From positions 17,732,001 through 17,796,000 of the forward strand of contig OX597823.1 of the NCBI GenBank assembly GCA_951406725.2: a stretch of DNA of 64,000 nucleotides, in the 5' to 3' direction. The notes beneath the pieces were generated by a model that saw only the letters and a program-made list of their open reading frames with translations, had not been told where the DNA came from and did not search any database. Both the position numbers and the translations under genes were made by a program. Origin of the DNA: Octopus vulgaris. Lineage: Eukaryota. Shown in pieces: positions 56,432-64,000 of this stretch (its first letter is position 1; each line of letters begins with the position of its first letter).

Positions 56432-56651
56432 CCCTTTCATTACTGTATTTATTTTGAGATGCTCTGTGTTTCTTTCAATTACTTTAAATATTACAAAGAA
56501 TTTAGTAAAATAACTTAGTTATCATTCAGCTTGTGTTAGGAACATAAATTGTGACTAAGGTTTGGTGGAAGATTTTTATTCAAAACTTATGAAAATAAGA
56601 CATTTGTATCCAGAGCCAGAGCCGGTTTCAGCCGGGTTGGTAACTAAAGGG
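56432..56651. mobile_element. piggyBac-like MITE, family B
   Basis: TTAA-CCCTTTCATTAC ... GTAACTAAAGGG-TTAA. Confidence 0.8.
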
Positions 56652-57745
56652 TTAAAGACAATAAGATGTAATTTGAAGATTTGACTACTATTTCTAGTTG
56701 GCTGTTATATCACATAGAGAATTCTTTGTTAACTCATTATTTATTGATGTATTAAACTGGCATTTGGAACTTAACCAAAAAACTAATGTTTACTTACAGA
56801 AAGCTCACATCATCATATTTGCATTAAAACTATTTTGATCAAGATTTCAGTTTGAATATGAAAATCTTAATATGGGTGGTTTCACAGTTTTTTAATATCA
56901 AAGCAGCAGCAGACGCGGGAAGGGATGTATATTATTGAAAGAATTAATATACTATATGTTTTAATACTGCAATATAAAAGAGATTAACAAACTTGTTGTC
57001 AGGCATAAAGAAAGAAGAGGTCTTAGAAAAACAACAGTCAAGATAGTAGAACAAGTTTTAAATGTCATCCCAACATTAGTTATGCCCTGTAAGTGCAACT
57101 TCTGTTTTACATGCCGAATGATATTGTTACTAATAATATAATGTATTCTGGGTTAAATATAATAGAAAATAAGCTTTAGATTGTAGTGGGCGGAGTTTGA
57201 TATCATGATGGGAGGAGCTCTGTGATGGTATTGGGTGGAGCTATTGGACTGTAAAGGGTGAAAACTTTTACATTGTATTGGGAATGTTTGATATTGAGAT
57301 GGGAAGAGCTCTCTGATTGTATTGGGCGGAACAGATGGATTTAGAGGGTGGAGCATTTGGATTGTACAGGGGAGCTTGCTTTTATGATGGGAGAAGTTTT
57401 GTGGGTGTAGTGGGTAGTCCAATTGGATTGTAGATGATGGAGACTTTTGGCTAGACAGGGTGGAGATTGATATTGCAATGAGAAGAGCCCTTGGGTTATA
57501 TTGGGTGAAGTTTTTAGAGTGAAGTAGGGAGAGATTTTGATTTATCAGGAATGACTTGAGGAATTGTAGTTGATGTCTCTGTGTTGTAATAGGCAGGGTT
57601 TTGTGAGTGCTGTAATTGGAGCCCCTCATTATAACTCGTTCTTTTCAATAGTGCAGTAAAAGAAGTCCTTACTATGATCCTCATTATCAATGTCATCATT
57701 ATCGTCATTGCTATTGTCATCATCATCACTAGCAGGCTCAAAACA

Positions 57746-57754
57746 GTAGTAATA

Positions 57755-57817
<63 letters not shown>

Positions 57818-57902
57818 GTAATAGTAGCAGCATCAGTGATTATTTGTGATGATGGTGATGGTGATGGTGATGACGAAGGTGATGGTGATATTGATGATGA
57901 TA

Positions 57903-57962
<60 letters not shown>

Positions 57963-58075
57963 TGAGGATGATGATGATGATGATGATGATGTGAGGATGA
58001 TGATGATGATGATGATGATGATAGCAGCAGCAGCAGCAGCAGTGGTAGTAATAGCAGGCAATAGTAGTAATAGTC
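57746..58075. repeat. Compound (AAT)n-(GAT)n-(GCA)n microsatellite
   Basis: Direct reading. Confidence 0.9.
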
Positions 58076-58466
58076 ATTCATTAGATGGAAGCAATACAGA
58101 TTAAAACAGATACATTTCTTTTAGAATGGTTTCCTAGTTCACAGAATACTAAGATCTGGCACTTGTAGGTGGGTTGAGTCTTAAAGAGGCCAAAAAACGT
58201 ATTTCAACATCTAATTCTTCAGTGTGTATATGTATATGTGTATATGTGTATATTTTTTTAATTCTTTTATATGCTTCAACCTTGAAGTTACAGTCATGCT
58301 GGGGCACCATGGAGGCATAAAGTATTGATGATACAAGTATGTTTCAATGGCAGTTCAGGAAACATCTATGTTCAATAATTTGTTTAGCTAGAAATAGTGA
58401 CTGAATCTACCTCAATTAACATTTTGTTGTCTTAAAAGAGTACTGGTATTTTGGACAATGTAATCC

Positions 58467-58503
<37 letters not shown>

Positions 58504-58672
58504 TCTTTTATTTTTTCAGTCATTTGACTGTGGCCATGCTGGGGCACCGTCTTTTAGTTGAGCAAATCGACCTCAGGGTTTATTCTTAGTAAGCCTAGTA
58601 CTTATTCTATCAGTCCCTTTTAACAAATGCTAAGTTACAGGGACACACAAACACAGACACACAAACATATAC

Positions 58673-58713
<41 letters not shown>

Positions 58714-58751
58714 ATTCTTTTAGTTTCCATCTACCAAATCCACTAACAAGA

Positions 58752-59515
58752 GAGTGTAGTGGGTGCTTTTTACATGCAGCCAGCACGGGAGCCAGTCAGG
58801 CAGGCCTGGCATTGATCGCGTATGGATGGTGCATTTTGCATGCCACTGGCACAAGAGCCAGTCAGGGGGTACTGGAATCAGCCATGATCGGTTGGTGCTT
58901 TTTATGTGCCACCGGCATGGGATCCAGTCAGGGGGCACTGGTCACAGCTAAGATATTGGTCTTATTTGACTCAACAGGTCTTCTCAAGCATATTATATTG
59001 CCCGATGCATCAGGGTATTCTTAACAGGGCCGGATATGCGTGGCTGCGATCTCACTTTAGTTGCAGGGTCTTCTTAATCACAGCATATCTGCAAAGGTCT
59101 CAGTCTCCTGTCATTGCCTCTGTGAGGCCCAATGTCTGAAGGTCATACTTCACCACCTCATCCCATATCTTTCTGAGTCTACCTCTTCCACAAGTTCCTT
59201 CTACAGTTAGGGAGTGGCACTTCCTCACACAGCTCTCTTCATTCATACGTAACACATGACCATACCAGTGCAGATTTGATGCTTCTTAACTCAACTTTTC
59301 TCTCTGGGCATTTACACTCTGTTGTGTATACAGACTGATATTACACATCCAGTGGATCATACTAGCTCCATTTCTTTCAAGCCTATGCCACATGTCCTCA
59401 GCATTCATGGCCCATGTTTCACTGCCGTGTAGTATGGCAGTTCGCACACATGCATCATACAGTCTACCTTATACCCTGAGTGAGAGGCCCTTAGTTGCTG
59501 GCAGAGGTAGGCACT
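58752..59515 (-). mobile_element. RTE LINE 3' fragment: ORF C-terminus followed by 3' UTR containing 3 array units
   Basis: GRLYDACVRTAILHGSETW...LHWYGHVLRM...GRGRLRKIWDEVVK on the reverse strand, followed downstream by the ~60-bp units and CCCACTACACTC. Confidence 0.85.
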
Positions 59516-59516
59516 A

Positions 59517-59550
<34 letters not shown>

Positions 59551-60252
59551 AGAGACCAAAGTGTACGTAAGCCGCTATATATATATATATATAAAAAATA
59601 CAAAATGGGACAACAAAACATCCAGATAGACGATACAAAGAAAACAAGGACAGGTCATTCTAAGTTTTTTTTGGTAGAAAGCAGCAAATGTATACAAAAA
59701 CAAGGACGGAAAAAAACAGATGTTACACAAATACGATAAAAATAATAACAGGACATAACAACAGGTGTCTTTTGACTAAGGACGAATTAAATTAAGCTGG
59801 TGTGTGTGGAAATGAAGCCTTATGGCAGGGATAGAGGATTTCACAAACAGAGGGAGGAATATCAATGTTGCACGGACAACGGCCAGACCAAGATAGAAAG
59901 AACAGGCTTGGCTGAACGCTGGTCACGTGGGAAGAAAAGAGGGAGAAGTAGAAACAGCGGGACAGAAGAATTAAGGAGGGGTGAGAAAAAATGACAGGGA
60001 CACAGTGAAGTGAAAAGTGGAGGGAAAGTGAGCAAGAATCAAAGATTGGATTTTGGCAAAGGTACACCAGAACTTTTGCTGGATTTACACTATGATTAAC
60101 TGATTAAAACATTTTGGACCAGCAAAGAAAAGCAAATTTTAAAAATGAGATTTAATTGCTAACACTTAATCTACAACTTCAAAATTTTAAATTACAATTT
60201 TGGAAATGATGGTAGGTGTGATGGAAAGAAGAGAAACTACAATTCTCTAGTA

Positions 60253-60783
60253 TTGGGTTGTCCAGAAAGAAAATGGTCAATAAATATTTGCCATTACATT
60301 TTTAATCAACCAAATATGAACCATTTTGTTGCACAATGCGTCTCCATCTTCCCTTTAACTTGAAAATACCCTCTTCCCAGAATTGAGGTGGTTTCATGGC
60401 AAAGAATTCATCAAGGTATCTTTTTACGTCATCCAAGGAATTGAAATTTTTATCATTAAGACTATTCTACAGAGACCTGAATAAGTGGAAATCCAAAGGA
60501 GCAATATCTGGTGAATATGGAGGGTGGGGTAACACATCCCAGCTGAGCTGCAGTAATTTTTGTCTGATCCCAAAGCATCAAGTGCCGAAAATTAACTTTC
60601 TTATTTTCCATTTTAAAGGGTAACAGAATTAACACAGGTTACAGGAACATAAACCTTCTTAAAGCTTAAACTGTGCTCTAAATGGAGGTGTCGTCAAATC
60701 CCATTTCATGGACATAACCATGTTCTAAAATAGGTCGAAAGGTAAGCTACTATAAATCGGCACGAACTTTCCAGACAACCCAA
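60253..60783 (-). mobile_element. Internally deleted mariner element
   Basis: TIRs TTGGGTTGTCCAGAAAG / CTTTCCAGACAACCCAA, TA duplications at 60251 and 60784, internal PYSPDIAPLDFHLFRSL. Confidence 0.88.
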
Positions 60784-62109
60784 TATATATATTTTTTTCG
60801 TTTAATAAGTCATTTGGAAGAAGAAGGGCCTCCAAGACTGGTAACATTGATGTAGTTGATGTTTAGCAGGTTTGTAGGTCAATGTTGCAGGACAAATGTA
60901 GGCAGAGAAGGAATGCCAGATGGTTTCATTTCTGAGGAGGACAGACTAAAGAGAAAAGTGTGTTGAGTTTTATAACAGGGGATATGGACAGCCACAAGTA
61001 TTTAAGCTACCAGCACCAATTTACAGTTAAGCTGTTACAGCAGAGCTACCAGGAGCTATTCAATAACAGCAATAACAACAATATTGGCTACTACAACAAC
61101 AAAGATCAACAACTTAATTAGAAGACAAATTCTGGGTAAAAAGGGATAATGAAAATATTTATGTTGTTGACTGGCTGACCTGGGGTTCTCAACAGGAAGA
61201 CCGAAAAGGAAAGCCATGAAAGAGGAGCAGATGAATGAAGTGAGGGGAACTTAAGATTTCTGGGCAATATAGTGGAAGACCCATAAATGTTTGGCCAATC
61301 CACTGGTGCAATGTAATTGCTTAAAGCCATTATATTAAAGATGAACTGATTGCTATGCCACCTCCAATGCATCCACCACCATTAACCCCCTCCCCCCACA
61401 CACAAGCACACACTATTTCTTCCAACAACACCCATCACTATCGTCATTACCCACCCCCATTACCACCACTGCCACCACCATCATCACCATCAGCACCACC
61501 ACCACTACCATCACAAACACTGTTACTACAGTCAGACATCACTACTATCACACCCCTACCTCAATCACCGTTACCACGACCACCCATCACTATTGCCATC
61601 ATCATTACTCTCATCTTTACCACAATTATGTCACCATCACCATCACCATCACCATCACCACCACCACCATCACCACCATAAGTAACGCCTCAAGCATCAT
61701 GTTCTCTATTCTAACAAGACTTTTCCTAATTTCAGTTTACTTTGATCCTTACTAAAAGAACTGATCAACCTACCAAAATGTAGGAATCTCAGAGTACCCC
61801 ACGAAAAAAAAAAATCCTCATTCTGTCCCCTTTTCCCATGCTAGTGTGTGATGGACGAACCTTCTTGGGGCAGTATTCTATGATTGGATAGTTTTCTTGG
61901 TGCCAACCCTTTTTTTTCTCAAGTCTGATGCTTTCTTCCATAGATTTGCAATATGGAACTGCTGTGCTACATGATGCTTCTTTTATGCACAACATGAAAA
62001 TATATCACTGTTGCTTAAACTGTAACAAAGCAAAGACATGTGGAGATGAAACTTGAAACATACACTGATATACATGTGTGTGTGTGTGTGTGTGTGTGTA
62101 TGCATAAGT

Positions 62110-62143
<34 letters not shown>

Positions 62144-63343
62144 ATGCATAAGTGTGCGTGTGCGTGTGTGTGTTCAAAAACTAGCCATGTGGCTTTTCAT
62201 GCTCCAATTTGAAAAGATGTTACTGGCCACTGGCCATTAGGGTCTGATGAAACATGTGTAAAGCACTTTAGGGATGTGAAACCCTGAGTAACCCTATGAA
62301 CCAGACTACTGCTCTATAACTTCAAATGTGCTTCTCTTTCAGATTTATGATTTACTGACAACACACACACACACATATATAGTGGAGGCGCAATGGCCTA
62401 GTGGTTAGGGCTGCAGACTCACGGCTGCAGGATCACAGTTTCAATTCCCAGACCGGGTGTTGTGAGTGTTTATTGAACGAAAACACCTAAAAGCTCCATG
62501 AGGCTCTGGCAGGATGGAAGTGGGGGGTGATACCTGCTGTACTCTTTCACCAAAACTTTCTCTCACTCTTTCTTCTGTTGGCCTGCTCGCTTAGCCAGCG
62601 GGGTGGTGGCATTCAAAGGCTAAAACAATAAAACAATGCAAATGCATTGTGACCAGCGATGTGTAGCAACATCTGATGGTCTGATCGGTCATGTGATATA
62701 TATATATATATATAGTATAATTCAGGTAAAAATGTGATTTGTTATTAAAACCTGGGATCTTCCAACCTAATGTTATATTTTTCTTATATATAATGTATAT
62801 ATACATATCAAAAGAGAATATTGGTAAAACGTTTTTGAATCTCCTGTTTCAATGTGTAATTACTGAACAAAAATATTTTCCAGAATTTTCAACACTTATG
62901 CATTCTTCACACAAATATGACATCTATGTACAACTTTGGAATACTGGAATAAGTGGATATGTGCTTCAACAGGACACACTTTGGATGTTAATCCTATCAC
63001 CATAACATGTGTGTGTTGTTATACTGTACAAGTGTCTTCTAATACAGCTTTATTCTGAGGCTATATCAGAAGACATTTGTCTAAGGTGCCAGGCAACAGA
63101 AGCAAGCCCCAAAACCCATGGTTGTGAAATAAGCTTCTTAACTCCACAACCATGCCTGTGCAGTATATTTTAATCTGTATTTATGAACTTATGGGGATTA
63201 GCTAATTAACCTATGTTGGCACAGGTCACCATTAGTTTCCTAAGACCTCAGATTTTACAGTATACCAGTAAACTAAAAGAAGTTTGTGTCAACATCAGTT
63301 GTCAAGCGATGGAGGAGGGGACAAACACACACAGAAATAACAA

Positions 63344-63376
<33 letters not shown>

Positions 63377-64000
63377 AACACATATATATGACAGGTTTCT
63401 TTCAGTTTCCGTCTACCAAATCCAATCACAAGACAAATCCAACCACTGATGCACATTATGAACTACATTACCTATACTGACCTTCCTTTTTAAAAAGGCA
63501 CTGAGTAATTTGAGAAAATTTGTCTGCTATTTCAACCAGTTAAAAAAAATAAAATTCACAGGCTTCACTGACATTAGAACTTTATAGAGTCCCCAGCAAA
63601 CTCTGTTATGTGGTTGGCATAAGGAAGGGCATCCAACCAAAGAAATCATGTCACAACAGATAGTTGGAGTCTGGTCAGTTCCATGTCAAACCGTCTAATC
63701 CAGTGATTCTGAACCAGGGTCCATATAGCCCCTGAGGGTCCTTTAAGATTTTTGGGGGTCCACACAACAAAATAGTAAATTGGGGATCCCCAATATTATT
63801 TTAAGGGCCCCTGAAAAAATTTTGCTTCGGATGTATGTATTTGTATTATTGCAAGAAAAAGCTAGGTTTCTTTCTCAAATATTTTACATGGTTCAATCTA
63901 CACAAGTAAATAAGAATTTTGTAAGAAGTTTCTATAGGAGTGGCTGTGTGGTAAGTAGCTTGCTTACCAACCACATGGTTCTGGGTTCAGTCCTGCTGTG

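Noticed and set aside
56798-56900. Strong minus-strand donor (TCT/gtaagta) as candidate collagen exon 1
   Set aside because: The required phase-1 frame has a TGA just upstream and no signal peptide; at most a non-coding exon
61355-61681. Proline-rich ORF
   Set aside because: Degenerate (CCA/TCA)n repeat; no Gly-X-Y periodicity or splice support
62240-62262. CTGATGAAACATGT hammerhead-like string (similar cases near 34735, 19925 and 45940)
   Set aside because: No stem II and/or no stem I pairing; expected by chance in GAT-rich DNA

Overview
AT-rich, microsatellite-dense animal genomic DNA. The SINE/LINE complement resembles Octopus (coleoid cephalopod), which is my recollection and not verified. 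The window is dominated by one gene on the minus strand: the 5' part of a fibrillar collagen of the type V/XI (B-clade-like) kind. I mapped 25 coding exons between 43485 and 1243, all with GT-AG ends and matching phases. They encode a TSPN/LamG N-propeptide, a short variable region, a 14-triplet minor helix, a KGP N-telopeptide and the first 108 uninterrupted Gly-X-Y triplets of the major helix (exons of 45/54/99/108 bp). The signal-peptide exon was not found, and the gene continues beyond position 1. Most other listed ORFs are microsatellite or transposon artefacts. Introns hold tRNA-derived SINEs, LINE fragments (RTE, CR1, R4/Dong, Hero, Penelope) and DNA-transposon remnants (mariner, Tigger, piggyBac-like MITEs). 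The most interesting non-coding signals are: (i) dispersed minimal type-I hammerhead-ribozyme motifs in short (TA)n-associated elements, one with an intact core (43688-43751) and two sharing a non-canonical CUGUAGA core; (ii) an RTE LINE 3' UTR carrying a variable-copy array of ~60-bp hairpin-plus-H-type-pseudoknot modules; (iii) a ~250-bp near-perfect intronic hairpin; (iv) a CR1 LINE and a SINE family sharing a covarying 3' stem-loop. All RNA structures were read by eye and are untested.
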